From Desulfobacterales bacterium (GTDB taxonomy: Bacteria; Desulfobacterota; Desulfobacteria; Desulfobacterales; UBA5852), in the NCBI GenBank assembly GCA_963674755.2, contig CAXXVS010000002.1:800001-864000 (forward strand): 64,000 bases of DNA. The letters run 5' to 3'. The notes under the pieces are model-generated. The model did no database searches and was not told the DNA's origin. It saw only the letters and a program-made list of their open reading frames with translations. Made by a program: the position numbers and the translations under genes. Positions 27,818 to 37,189 of the stretch are shown here, in pieces. Each line of letters starts with the position of its first letter. The first letter of the stretch is position 1.

Positions 27818-29093
27818 GAACTGTGATTTCGACGGCCTGGCCTCGGCCATTGCCGTCACCCTGCTGCACCCCGGCACGGTCGTGGTCATCCCCAAGGCCG
27901 TCAATCCCAATGTGAGGGCCTTTCTTTCCATGCATAAGGACGTTTTCGACGTCCGCCCACCGGCCGAAATCGATCTGGAGGCAGTGACCGCGCTCTTTGT
28001 GGTCGATGTAGCCCAGTGGCACCGCCTGGACGGCCTGGCCGCGTTGCGGGAGAAACCGGATCTCGCCATCAAGATCTGGGACCATCACCCCGGCCAGGAG
28101 AACATCGATACCGCCGCTATCTGCCAGGAACCGATGGGGGCCTGTATCACCCTGCTCATTCGGGAGCTCATGGCCTGCCGGACCATCCTGACCCCTATCC
28201 AGGCCACTTTGTTCATCACCGGCCTTTATGAAGATACCGGCCGCTTGACCTTTCCCTCCACCAGGGCCGAAGATGCCCGGGCGGCCGCCTACCTGCTGGA
28301 AAACGGCGCCGATTTATCCATCGCCGGAAGGATTTTGCGGCCTTTTTACGGTGAAAAGCAAAAGGATATCCTGCACGCCATGCTGCAGGAGACCCGACGT
28401 TTGAAAATCGACGGCTACAGCATCGGTATCGGGCGAATCGAGATCCGCGGTCATGTAGACAGCCTGGCCTTGGTGGTGCGGCTCATTCGGGAGCTGTTGA
28501 ATGTGGACGCCGCCATCGGGCTCTTTCATCATCCGGAACGGGATCAGTGCATGGTGATTGGAAGAAGCGCGGTGGAAGAATTGAACATCGGCGCCATCAT
28601 GCGGCATCTGGGCGGTGGCGGACACCCGGGCGCCGGATCGGCCCTGCTGAAGGGCGTCAATCCGCGCGCCATCGAAGAAATGGTACTGGGGCTGATCGAG
28701 GGTAACCAGCAGGCCTCTGTCCGGGTGAGCGACCTGATGTCGTTTCCGGTGGCCAGCGTCACCTCGACCACGCCCATGGAAGTCGTGGCCCGAATCCTGC
28801 GCACCAAGGGCTGTACGGGGCTGCCGGTCATCGATGACGGCCACCTCAAGGGCGTTATTTCGCGGCGCGATTTCAAACGGGTGCGCAAAAAAAAGCAGCT
28901 CGCGGCCCCGGTCAAGGCCTTCATGACGGACCAGGTCCATACCATCACGCCGGACAAAAGCCCGGGCCAGGCCGTCGGTCTGATGATCAAACACGATATC
29001 GGCCGTCTGCCGGTGGTGGAAAACGGGAAAGTCATCGGTATTGTGACCCGCACGGACGCCATGCTCTATTTTTATGATATGCTGCCCGACTAA
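27795..29093 (+). CDS. DHH/DHHA1 phosphoesterase with a C-terminal CBS pair
   Basis: THKNCDFDGLAS, VVD, DHHP, YEDTG, GGGGHPGAGS; two CBS repeats (VSDLMSFPV.., IGRLPVVENGKVIGIVTRTD). Confidence 0.88.
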   Translation: MQIVTTHKNCDFDGLASAIAVTLLHPGTVVVIPKAVNPNVRAFLSMHKDVFDVRPPAEIDLEAVTALFVVDVAQWHRLDGLAALREKPDLAIKIWDHHPGQENIDTAAICQEPMGACITLLIRELMACRTILTPIQATLFITGLYEDTGRLTFPSTRAEDARAAAYLLENGADLSIAGRILRPFYGEKQKDILHAMLQETRRLKIDGYSIGIGRIEIRGHVDSLALVVRLIRELLNVDAAIGLFHHPERDQCMVIGRSAVEELNIGAIMRHLGGGGHPGAGSALLKGVNPRAIEEMVLGLIEGNQQASVRVSDLMSFPVASVTSTTPMEVVARILRTKGCTGLPVIDDGHLKGVISRRDFKRVRKKKQLAAPVKAFMTDQVHTITPDKSPGQAVGLMIKHDIGRLPVVENGKVIGIVTRTDAMLYFYDMLPD

Positions 29094-29197
29094 ATTCCCG
29101 GGAGATTTCCAAGGGCTGTGCAAACCGTCACCCTGCTAGACCGCTAACCGATCGTGCTGCGTGCAGCGCCTATCGCCGACCTAAATGAGGATTGCCA

Positions 29198-29803
29198 ATG
29201 AACGCCGAAGAAACCTACCCTTTCTATGAAATGGTCGAATTCCCAAACATCCTGCTGGAAACGCCTGGTTTTCAGGAAACCCTGGAGCACCTGACGGAAT
29301 TGTGCCGGGTACCCCGTTTCCTGGCCGGAACCGGACTTACGCTGACCCCCGAGGCGGAACGCCGGCTGCGGCTGAAACTGGTGGCACACCTTCTGGACCA
29401 GATGACCACCGACCGTGTGGATGCGCCTTATATTTCGGTGTGGGAAAGCGGGCGCCACCAGGAAGTCAAGATGGTCTACATCAATCCGGCCATCGCGAAG
29501 ATGACCGGGTTCAGCGCCCAGCAGGTCCTCAAGGTGGGCTTCAGTATCTTTGTGCCGGATGATACCATTACCCGCTTCGACCGCAAGGACGGCGCCCTGG
29601 CGAAGGTTGACGTGCCTATTGAAAAGGCCCGCCAGGACCGGCAGCGGCGGCAGATCGGCGGGCGTTGGGAGCGTGTCTATGAGATCCTGAAAAAAGAGGG
29701 CAGCGGGTATGTCCGGGATGTCGCCGTGATCGAGGAAGTCGGGAATCTGTGCATCTCCACCGGCATTCTGATGGACGCCAGCCTCGAATTCGAGTCCCGT
29801 TGA
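29198..29803 (+). CDS. Hypothetical protein with a PAS-like domain
   Basis: KMVYINPAIAKMTGFSAQQVL..FSIFVPDD; GAGGA RBS. Confidence 0.6.
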   Translation: MNAEETYPFYEMVEFPNILLETPGFQETLEHLTELCRVPRFLAGTGLTLTPEAERRLRLKLVAHLLDQMTTDRVDAPYISVWESGRHQEVKMVYINPAIAKMTGFSAQQVLKVGFSIFVPDDTITRFDRKDGALAKVDVPIEKARQDRQRRQIGGRWERVYEILKKEGSGYVRDVAVIEEVGNLCISTGILMDASLEFESR

Positions 29804-29924
29804 CCGCCGTCTCGCGCAACTGGCTTGGCGCGTCGGCCCTGACATGACGCCCCACGGGATCCGGCAAGGCGCCGACCCATGGGGTTCGCTCCTCCATGAT
29901 CCGGACGACTCGATGGGGATGGGA

Positions 29925-30431
29925 TCAGGCCTGGTGCTCCCTGATCATGCGGTCGATCTCACCGGTAATGAAGTCCGCCAGGCTTTCGGCTTCAGCGCGG
30001 GTGATGGTGGCTACGCTTTGGGCCAGTCCGGCGATTTTCTCTTCCGGAAGGTCGGTGGTTTTGTTGATCATGAATTCATCGACTTCACCTTCTTCCAAGA
30101 GCCGGCCGCAGCCCCCGGCAGCACCGATGAATTCCCCCTGGAAGAAAATCGGCACCACCACTTTGATCAGTCCGGCATCACATTCCTCGATAACGGGAGC
30201 CCGGTCGTTCTTGGCCATGGCTGCCATGTTCTGATGGGCCACCGCGCAGATATAGGTCTGGCCCCTGCCGGTAGCCCGGAGGGCGGAGCACAATTCGTTG
30301 GCTTGGCGGGATTGGCCGGTAATACCGATGCCGTTCACATCGTAAATGCTGGCGCGCATGCCTGAGCGCTGACGAATGGCTTCTTCCAGGGCGACCCATT
30401 TTTCAAGCGGTTGCAGATCGGTCAGCTTCAT
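29925..30431 (-). CDS. Stand-alone PocR ligand-binding domain protein
   Basis: NELCSALR..YICA..ECDAGLIKVVVPIFFQGEFIG, the three-Cys PocR pattern; AAGGAG RBS. Confidence 0.82.
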   Translation of the reverse strand: MKLTDLQPLEKWVALEEAIRQRSGMRASIYDVNGIGITGQSRQANELCSALRATGRGQTYICAVAHQNMAAMAKNDRAPVIEECDAGLIKVVVPIFFQGEFIGAAGGCGRLLEEGEVDEFMINKTTDLPEEKIAGLAQSVATITRAEAESLADFITGEIDRMIREHQA

Positions 30432-30594
30432 TGCAAATGACTCCTTTTAAGCGAGATGAGATGGATAGAATTCCCGGGTTACAGGGTCGGGCAAGCAGGC
30501 ATTGGCCGTCATCTTTCAGATCGACTTGCCGCTCCGCGGCGATTGGCAGTTTTGCCCTATACGCGGCTGATTTTGAACACGGTTCTCTGCTTTT

Positions 30595-31599
30595 TTAGCG
30601 GTTGTCGCCATCGATCAGGCCGCCCAGGGAGCCCAGGATCGACCCTTCGCCCTGGCTGCCGCCGCGCTGGGGGGCGGCCTGGAGCATGCGGCCCGCCAGC
30701 CGGGAAAAGGGCAGGGATTGCAGCCAGATTTTGCCGGGTCCCTGCAGGACTGCGAAGAAGAGGCCTTCGCCGCCGAACAGCGCTGTTTTGATATTGCCGG
30801 CCTGTTCGATATTGAAGCCGACGCTGGATTCGAAAGCTACGACGCAGCCCGTATCCACATGAACCACTTCACCGGGCGCCAGTTCGCGTTCCACCACCGT
30901 GCCCCCGGCGTGCACGAAAATATGCCCGTCGCCCTCCAGTTTCTGCATCACGAAGCCTTCCCCGCCAAAAAGCCCTGTAAGAATACGGCGTTGAAAATAG
31001 ATGCCGATGGAAACGCCTTTGGCGGCGCACAGGAAGCTGTCCTTCTGACAGATCAGGCAGCCGTTCACGCTGGGCAGGGCAATGGGGATGATATTGCCGG
31101 GGTAGGGCGCCCCGAAAGCCACATGGGCCTTGCCGCGTCCGTTGTGGGAGAAAACGGTCATAAACAGACTCTCGCCGGTCAGCAGGCGTTTGCCGGCCCC
31201 CAGGAGCTTGTCCATGAAGCCGCCGCCGGCGCTGGCGTGGGAGCCGTCGCCGAAGACCGTTTCCATGACGATGGAGGGATCTTTGTACATCATGGCGCCG
31301 GCTTCGGCCACCGCACTTTCGCCCGGATCGAGTTCCACTTCCACAAACTGCATCTCTGCGCCGAAGATTTTGAAGTCGATCTCATCGGCCAACCGGCGCC
31401 GGCTGCGGGGCGGAGGCGGTGCCGCCGGCGAGGTTTGCGGCGAGGAGGCTAGTTCGGCGATCTGGGAAATGGGCACCCAATCGGCAAACCCCTCGCGCCA
31501 GGCATAACCGTTGGGGTCAAGCTGGGCCTGGGCGGCCGCCCGGGCCTGGTCCAAGGGACCGCTTTGTTGACCGTCGTAGCTCAGATACCATTGGGCCAT
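30595..31599 (-). CDS. GYF_2 (DUF4339) domain fused to an AIM24/TIGR00266 domain
   Basis: WYLSYDGQQSGP..WREGFADWVP; MQFVEVELDPGESAVAEAGAMM, GLFGGEGF, LQSLPFSRLA. Confidence 0.9.
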   Translation of the reverse strand: MAQWYLSYDGQQSGPLDQARAAAQAQLDPNGYAWREGFADWVPISQIAELASSPQTSPAAPPPPRSRRRLADEIDFKIFGAEMQFVEVELDPGESAVAEAGAMMYKDPSIVMETVFGDGSHASAGGGFMDKLLGAGKRLLTGESLFMTVFSHNGRGKAHVAFGAPYPGNIIPIALPSVNGCLICQKDSFLCAAKGVSIGIYFQRRILTGLFGGEGFVMQKLEGDGHIFVHAGGTVVERELAPGEVVHVDTGCVVAFESSVGFNIEQAGNIKTALFGGEGLFFAVLQGPGKIWLQSLPFSRLAGRMLQAAPQRGGSQGEGSILGSLGGLIDGDNR

Positions 31600-31600
31600 G

Positions 31601-32299
31601 TCAAGCTCCTTTTGCCGATGCGCGACCGCCTGAGGTGATCGAGCGGAGTTTATTCTCGATACTGTCGACCGTTTGGGAGTCTAAATGCAGCGCCTGAGCG
31701 AGGCCCTGCAAATACTGTCGCTCGGCCTCACTGTCGACCGTCATGACCAGCCGTGACAAGGCATAGACCTGCAAGGCTTGCTTCCGGTCTGCCACCCCCT
31801 GCGCAATATCCTCCAGCGCGGCCGGTGAAAGCAGTTCCCGGGACAGAAACGCCTGTTCCTCGGCGTTGAGGTCGACGGCCCGCCATTGCTTTAAAATGCG
31901 TTGGCGCTCCTTTGCGTCCATATGGCCGTCCGCATGGGCGGCGGCGATCATGGCGCGGATCAGCAGCACGGACGGGTTGTTGCCTTGGCTCCGGGCTGAT
32001 GGGCTGAGGTCTGCCACCGGATCAGGGCCCGCATTGGGCGGTGGCGGGGGCACGGCAGTGCCGGGATTTGGCGCCGGCGGCCGGGGCGCCAAAGGCGGCG
32101 GCGCTGGCGGCTGTCCGCCGTCCCGGGGTTGGGAGGTGGACGGCGGCGAAGTCGTTTTCATATGATGCTCCGCCGCTTCGAGGGCGACGCCCAACAATGC
32201 CATGGCCGCACCCCCCTTAAGCAGCCGGCCGGTTCTACGGTTGCCAAAGCCCGATCGAAGAAGCCCTCCCAATAACTTTTCAGGATCGAACATCGTCAT
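31601..32299 (-). CDS. DUF533 (YebE/TerB-like) protein with a proline-rich linker
   Basis: LLIRAMIAAAHADGHMDAKERQRI, ERQYLQGLAQAL. Confidence 0.88.
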   Translation of the reverse strand: MTMFDPEKLLGGLLRSGFGNRRTGRLLKGGAAMALLGVALEAAEHHMKTTSPPSTSQPRDGGQPPAPPPLAPRPPAPNPGTAVPPPPPNAGPDPVADLSPSARSQGNNPSVLLIRAMIAAAHADGHMDAKERQRILKQWRAVDLNAEEQAFLSRELLSPAALEDIAQGVADRKQALQVYALSRLVMTVDSEAERQYLQGLAQALHLDSQTVDSIENKLRSITSGGRASAKGA

Positions 32300-32402
32300 G
32301 CTCTCCTATAGGTGGTCGTGCAATTCCGGCACGCATTGGTGTGACGGCAGCTCAGTTCCGAAAGGGGGCGCAAGAGACCGGGGCGCATTTGATCGGCACT
32401 GC

Positions 32403-33419
32403 TCACCGCTTCTTCTCATTCGTAAGCCATTGACGCAGACGGCGCAACCCCTCTTCGGTGGAAACGAGCGGGCGATAGCCGAGGTCTTCCCGGGCGGCCC
32501 GGATATTGAACCAGTGCGCCGTGGCCAGTTCCTCGGCCACGAAACGGGTCATGGGCGGCTCTCCGGGCAGGTGGCCGATGCGGTAGATCCATTCCAGCAG
32601 GGCGCCGAGGCGGTGGGCGGCATGCTTCGATATGGTTCGCGTCACCGGCGGGAGGTCGGCGGCCGCCAGGATGGCATTCACCATGTCCCATAGCGGGATG
32701 GGCGCGTCCTGGCTGATGAAATAGACGCGTCCGGAGAGTTCGGGGCGTTCGGCCAGTTTCGCGGCCGCCAGAAGGTGGGCCTGGGCCGCGTTGTCCACAT
32801 AGATGGTATCGACCTTGTTGTAGCCCGGCCCCACTTGGCGCAGGCGGCGGGCGCGCTGGATGATCCGCGGGACCAGATGGTTGTCCCCCGGCCCCCAGAT
32901 CAGATGGGGGCGCAGGGCCATGGTGCAAAACGTATCACTGGCGGCCTTCCGCACCAATTGTTCGGCAATCGCCTTGGTGCGCGGGTAATGGGTCGGATAG
33001 TTCTCCGCGTAGGGGACGGATTCATCCACCCCCTCCATATCCCGGCCGTCGAAGACCACACTGGGGGAGCTGGTGTACACCAGACGGCCGACGGCTTGGG
33101 CGCGGCAGGCCTGGAGCACGTTGCGGGTTCCCACGACATTCGTCCTGTAGTAGGCCTTATAGGCCCCCCAAACCCCGGCCTTGGCCGCCACATGGAAGAC
33201 CAGATCGACACCGTCGCAAGCGCGCTGCAGGGTATCGCCATCCGTGAGGTCACCCTGGATTTGCTCGACGCCCATGGCCTCCAGGGCGGGATAACGGGAA
33301 CGGGAGAAACTGCGTACGGATTCGCCCCGGTCCACGAGCATGCGCACCAGCGCCCCTCCCAGGAAGCCCCCGCCGCCGGTCACGAGGATGGTCTTTAAAG
33401 ATAGGGGGCGGTCGGTCAT
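32403..33419 (-). CDS. oleD: OleD, 2-alkyl-3-oxoalkanoate reductase (extended SDR)
   Basis: VTGGGGFLG, HVAAKAGVWG, TSSPSVVF, YPRTK, RPHLIWGPGD; last gene in oleABCD order. Confidence 0.9.
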   Translation of the reverse strand: MTDRPLSLKTILVTGGGGFLGGALVRMLVDRGESVRSFSRSRYPALEAMGVEQIQGDLTDGDTLQRACDGVDLVFHVAAKAGVWGAYKAYYRTNVVGTRNVLQACRAQAVGRLVYTSSPSVVFDGRDMEGVDESVPYAENYPTHYPRTKAIAEQLVRKAASDTFCTMALRPHLIWGPGDNHLVPRIIQRARRLRQVGPGYNKVDTIYVDNAAQAHLLAAAKLAERPELSGRVYFISQDAPIPLWDMVNAILAAADLPPVTRTISKHAAHRLGALLEWIYRIGHLPGEPPMTRFVAEELATAHWFNIRAAREDLGYRPLVSTEEGLRRLRQWLTNEKKR

Positions 33420-33446
33420 GACGGCCGCCTGTCGAACACCGAAAGG

Positions 33447-35156
33447 TCAGTTTTCACGAGGCGCTTCCCTGTTGTTTACCCGTTGGGATGCCCATACCGC
33501 CAGCTGCTCCCGGAAGATCTTGGAATTGTGACGGATGTCCACCGGAAAACCGGGATGCAGGAGGAAGGTGTGAATGGGCTGCGTCAGAGGCGAAGTCCGC
33601 GCCAGTTCTTGAAGTTCCGCCAAAAAATCCTGCTTTTTCATTTGCCGGCCCGCGGGAGTACGCTCGATGCAGATCACGGGCATCTGATGGCCCGGGGCGC
33701 CGACCCCCACCAGCGCACTTCGAAAAACCCCCGGATGGTTGTTGAAGATGGCCTCGCAGGGAATGGTGAACATGTCGCCCTTGGGTGTGGTGACCCGATG
33801 GCTTTTACGGCCGCAAAACCAGATCCGGTTTTTGCTGTCCCGCCAGCCCAGATCGCCCATGCGGTGCCAGAAGGTATCGCCGTCCTGGATTTTGGCCTGG
33901 GCATTGGCCGCTTCGTTGCGGAAGTAGCGTCGGGTGACCAGTGCCCCGCGGACGACGATTTCACCGATGTCGCCGTCCGGCACCACCAAATCATCGGACC
34001 AGCGGGGAATGGGGTCGTCCGCGATGCGAATGATGCGGACTTCGGTGTTCCGCAGGGGGCGGCCGACGCACATGCCATAGCCCTGTTCGCTCAGGGCACG
34101 GGTTTCGTTGAGAATTTCGCTACTTCCCAGGGAAACGACGGGAACCGCCTCGGTGGCGCCGTAGGGGGTATGAATTTCACTGGTGTCACCCAGCATGGTG
34201 GCAAATTGTTCGATATTGACCGGCGCAACCGGTGCCCCGGCCGAGACCACCCGCCGCAGGGACGGCAGCTTGACCTGGCGCTTGCGGCCGAAGGCGCCCA
34301 CCCGGTTCAGCAGGGCCGGCGAGGCGAACATGTTGGTCACGCCCTGGGTCAGAATGGGTTCGATAATCTTTTCCGGATTCACATAAGCGGGTTTGCGGGG
34401 GTCCATGTCCGGAATCACGGCCGTCATGCCCAGAGCCGGATCGAAGAGGGCGAACAGGGGGAAGGTGGGCAGATCGATTTCATCGTCGCCGATGTTAAAA
34501 TGCCCTTGGATCTGTTGGATCTGGGCATCGAAATTACCGTGGCTATAGATCACCCCCTTGGCCGGGCCTGTGGAGCCGGTGGTAAACAGGATGGCTGCGG
34601 TTTCGTCGACGGTCGTGGGCGCCATCTCAAAGGCCTGCCAGGGGCGGACATAGAGTTTTTCCAGCGAGGCACCGCCCCACAAGAGCCGTCGGCCGACGGT
34701 GACATTGATGAGCACCGACCGGAAATAGCGCGGGCAGCCGATGCGCAACAGATGGGCCAGGGGCAGACCGATAAAGGCTTCCGGCTGGGTGGAGGCCAGG
34801 CAGCGCAGCATGCGGCCAATCCCCATACCGGGATCGACGACCACCGGAACAGCGCCGCATTTGAACATGGCAAAAATCAGGACAAAGAAGTCGATACCCG
34901 GTTTGACCATCAATACGGTTTTGGTCCCGCGCTGGATGCCGATGGTGACAAGCCCTGCGGCCAGACTGTCGGATTCCCGGTCAAGCTGTTCGAAGGTCAG
35001 GTGGGCATAGGCCACACGGCCGGAGCGGTCCCGGCCGGCCGGGCAGACCACGGCACGCTTGTAGGGCATGCGTTGTGCGGATTTTCGCAGCCGGTAGGCA
35101 ATGTTGACGACGGGAAGGGTTTCGAGCGGAGGAGGCGATCCCATGGTGAAGGTCAT
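33447..35156 (-). CDS. oleC: OleC, olefin beta-lactone synthetase (AMP-binding)
   Basis: FTTGSTGPAKG, DLPTFPLFALFDPALG, TPYGATE, WHRMGD, FPVDIRHNSKI. Confidence 0.93.
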   Translation of the reverse strand: MTFTMGSPPPLETLPVVNIAYRLRKSAQRMPYKRAVVCPAGRDRSGRVAYAHLTFEQLDRESDSLAAGLVTIGIQRGTKTVLMVKPGIDFFVLIFAMFKCGAVPVVVDPGMGIGRMLRCLASTQPEAFIGLPLAHLLRIGCPRYFRSVLINVTVGRRLLWGGASLEKLYVRPWQAFEMAPTTVDETAAILFTTGSTGPAKGVIYSHGNFDAQIQQIQGHFNIGDDEIDLPTFPLFALFDPALGMTAVIPDMDPRKPAYVNPEKIIEPILTQGVTNMFASPALLNRVGAFGRKRQVKLPSLRRVVSAGAPVAPVNIEQFATMLGDTSEIHTPYGATEAVPVVSLGSSEILNETRALSEQGYGMCVGRPLRNTEVRIIRIADDPIPRWSDDLVVPDGDIGEIVVRGALVTRRYFRNEAANAQAKIQDGDTFWHRMGDLGWRDSKNRIWFCGRKSHRVTTPKGDMFTIPCEAIFNNHPGVFRSALVGVGAPGHQMPVICIERTPAGRQMKKQDFLAELQELARTSPLTQPIHTFLLHPGFPVDIRHNSKIFREQLAVWASQRVNNREAPREN

Positions 35157-35164
35157 GCCATGTC

Positions 35165-36058
35165 CTATCTTACGGTATGCCGTTTAAGAAAATGGCGGAT
35201 GGTTTCCGTTACGGCCCGGGGCTCGTCCTCCAGGAGATAATGCCCGGCATCCTCGAAAAGATGGGCCTCGGCTCCGGGGAAGCGGCGCCGCCACTCCGCA
35301 TAATAATCCAGATCGAAAACAAAATCATGCTTGCCCCAGCAGATCAGCATGGGCAGATGACCCAGCCGATGCAGGTTGTCGTCCACCGTTTTAACGATCG
35401 GGTAACTGGGATCCCCCTCGGAAAGGGGAATGTCCTGGACGAAGCGGAGTGTGGCGATGCGGTGTTTGGGGCGGTCATAGGGGGCCAGGAGCCCCTGGCG
35501 CACCGCGCCGGTCAGGCGGCGCCGGGGCGCCATGACCACCGCCGCTCGTGCAAAAAGATTGAGTCCCAGGACGGCCGGTTCGGCAAATCCCTTGAAGTTG
35601 CGGAGCAGCCGCAAGCGGATGGGAATCGGTTTGCCGGCCGGCGGCCGAAAACCGCTGGTGTTGGTGATGACGATGCGTCGGATACGGTCCCGGTGGCGCA
35701 GGGCAAAGGCCAGCCCGATCATACCGCCCCAATCGTGAACCACAAGGGTAAGGGGATCGTCGTTAGCAACGTTGCTTACCAGGGCTTCCAGATCGGCGAT
35801 GCGGTCGGCCAGCCGGTAGCCGTAAGCGTGGCGGTCCGGCTTGTCCGAGAGGCCGCACCCGATGTGATCGGGGGCGATCACCCGGTAGTCAGCGGCCAGA
35901 TCGGCGATCAACTGCCGGAAGTAGAACGACCAGGTGGGGTTGCCGTGCAGCATCAGGACCGGCTCACCACGGCCCTCGTCCACATAGTGGCAGCGATGGC
36001 CGTTGATGGGCAGCCAATGGGACCGGAAGGGATAGAGCTGACGGAACGCTGATTTCAA
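35165..36058 (-). CDS. oleB: OleB, beta-lactone decarboxylase (haloalkane dehalogenase-like hydrolase)
   Basis: HGNPTWSF, DHIGCGLSDKP, HDWGG, FVQDIPL, AGHYLLED; TTG start. Confidence 0.9.
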   Translation of the reverse strand: MKSAFRQLYPFRSHWLPINGHRCHYVDEGRGEPVLMLHGNPTWSFYFRQLIADLAADYRVIAPDHIGCGLSDKPDRHAYGYRLADRIADLEALVSNVANDDPLTLVVHDWGGMIGLAFALRHRDRIRRIVITNTSGFRPPAGKPIPIRLRLLRNFKGFAEPAVLGLNLFARAAVVMAPRRRLTGAVRQGLLAPYDRPKHRIATLRFVQDIPLSEGDPSYPIVKTVDDNLHRLGHLPMLICWGKHDFVFDLDYYAEWRRRFPGAEAHLFEDAGHYLLEDEPRAVTETIRHFLKRHTVR

Positions 36059-36128
36059 TATTAGACCGATTTCCTACAATATAGGGATGTTGATATTAAT
36101 ATATAAAGTATAGCTCGAAGAAATTGGG

Positions 36129-37169
36129 CTACCATTCAATGCCCAGCATGAGGCAATTCAACCCGCTGCCGATACCCAGGAAACCGACCCTGTCACCCTG
36201 AACGAGGAACCCCCGCTCCGATGCCAGGGCTGCGGTCACCATGAGGGAAACCGTACCGATGTTGCCCAGGTAGCGGAAGGTCGTGAAATCCCGGGAAGCG
36301 GGCAGGCCGATGGCCTTGAGAATGGCCTGCTGGTGGGAAGAGCCCACCTGATGGCAAATGATCTTGTCCGGCTGGTCTTCGTTCCATTGCAGTTCGTCGC
36401 GAAAGGCCCGGAAGGTCTCCACCCCCAGCTGGACACCGTTTTGCAGCACCCCCACCGAATCGGTGTTCATGACATGGGAGGCGCTGGCCGGGATGCCCGT
36501 ATCCGGGCCCCAGGTGCAGAGCCGGTGGTGGCGCACGGCATTTTTGACCATGCCCCCCAACAACCGGTGGCCGCCGTTGCCAAAGGAGCCGTCGGACAGG
36601 ACCACGGCCGCAGCCCCGGACCCGCCGGTCAGGGTGGCCACGCAATGCTTGAAACACTCCATATCGCCGGATGCGAGCATGCGTTCGATAGTGCTGTCCA
36701 CAATCTGGCGACAGGATTCGCAGGCCACCACCAGGCCGGCCCGGATCTGGCGCAGTTCGATGGCATTGGCCACCTGGAGGATGCCGTTCAGGATGCCGAT
36801 GCAGGCATTGGAAATATCGAAGACCTGGGCTGAAGATCCTACCCCCAGGCCGTCGGCCACAGCGCAGGCCGTGGCCGGTTCCAGGTTTTCCCGGCAGACC
36901 GCCCCATAGATCAGCATTCCGATCTGGTCGGCCGGAACCGCCGTTGCTTCCAGGGCCTTGCGACCGGCCCGGACGGCCCCTTCGGAGAGCCTGAAATCGG
37001 GATCCCAGTAGCGGCTTTCCTCGATGCCGGTCAACTGCTCAAGCTGGCCCGGCTTCAGGTGCAGCTGCTCATAAAGGGGGATCAGGCGGCTTTCCAGATC
37101 TTCGGCCGTCACCACATTGGGGGCCAGTTCATAGCCGATGGATTCGATGGTCACATTCCGGTAGCGCAT
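36129..37169 (-). CDS. oleA: OleA, FabH/thiolase-family acyl-CoA condensing enzyme
   Basis: LEPATA (Glu), DISNACIG (Cys), CHQVG (His), GNIG, GIGSGLNC. Confidence 0.92.
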   Translation of the reverse strand: MRYRNVTIESIGYELAPNVVTAEDLESRLIPLYEQLHLKPGQLEQLTGIEESRYWDPDFRLSEGAVRAGRKALEATAVPADQIGMLIYGAVCRENLEPATACAVADGLGVGSSAQVFDISNACIGILNGILQVANAIELRQIRAGLVVACESCRQIVDSTIERMLASGDMECFKHCVATLTGGSGAAAVVLSDGSFGNGGHRLLGGMVKNAVRHHRLCTWGPDTGIPASASHVMNTDSVGVLQNGVQLGVETFRAFRDELQWNEDQPDKIICHQVGSSHQQAILKAIGLPASRDFTTFRYLGNIGTVSLMVTAALASERGFLVQGDRVGFLGIGSGLNCLMLGIEW

Positions 37170-37189
37170 GGGGCGTCAATCTCGCATGG

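Noticed and set aside
33483..35240. 585 aa plus-strand ORF and other long antisense ORFs (e.g. 21491-22540, 25220-26317, 35177-36052, 58999-59877)
   Set aside because: They mirror well-supported genes on the opposite strand, carry no motifs, and are expected in high-GC coding DNA.
35165..36058. Haloalkane dehalogenase (organohalide degradation)
   Set aside because: Its position between oleA and oleC identifies it as OleB, which belongs to the same fold family.
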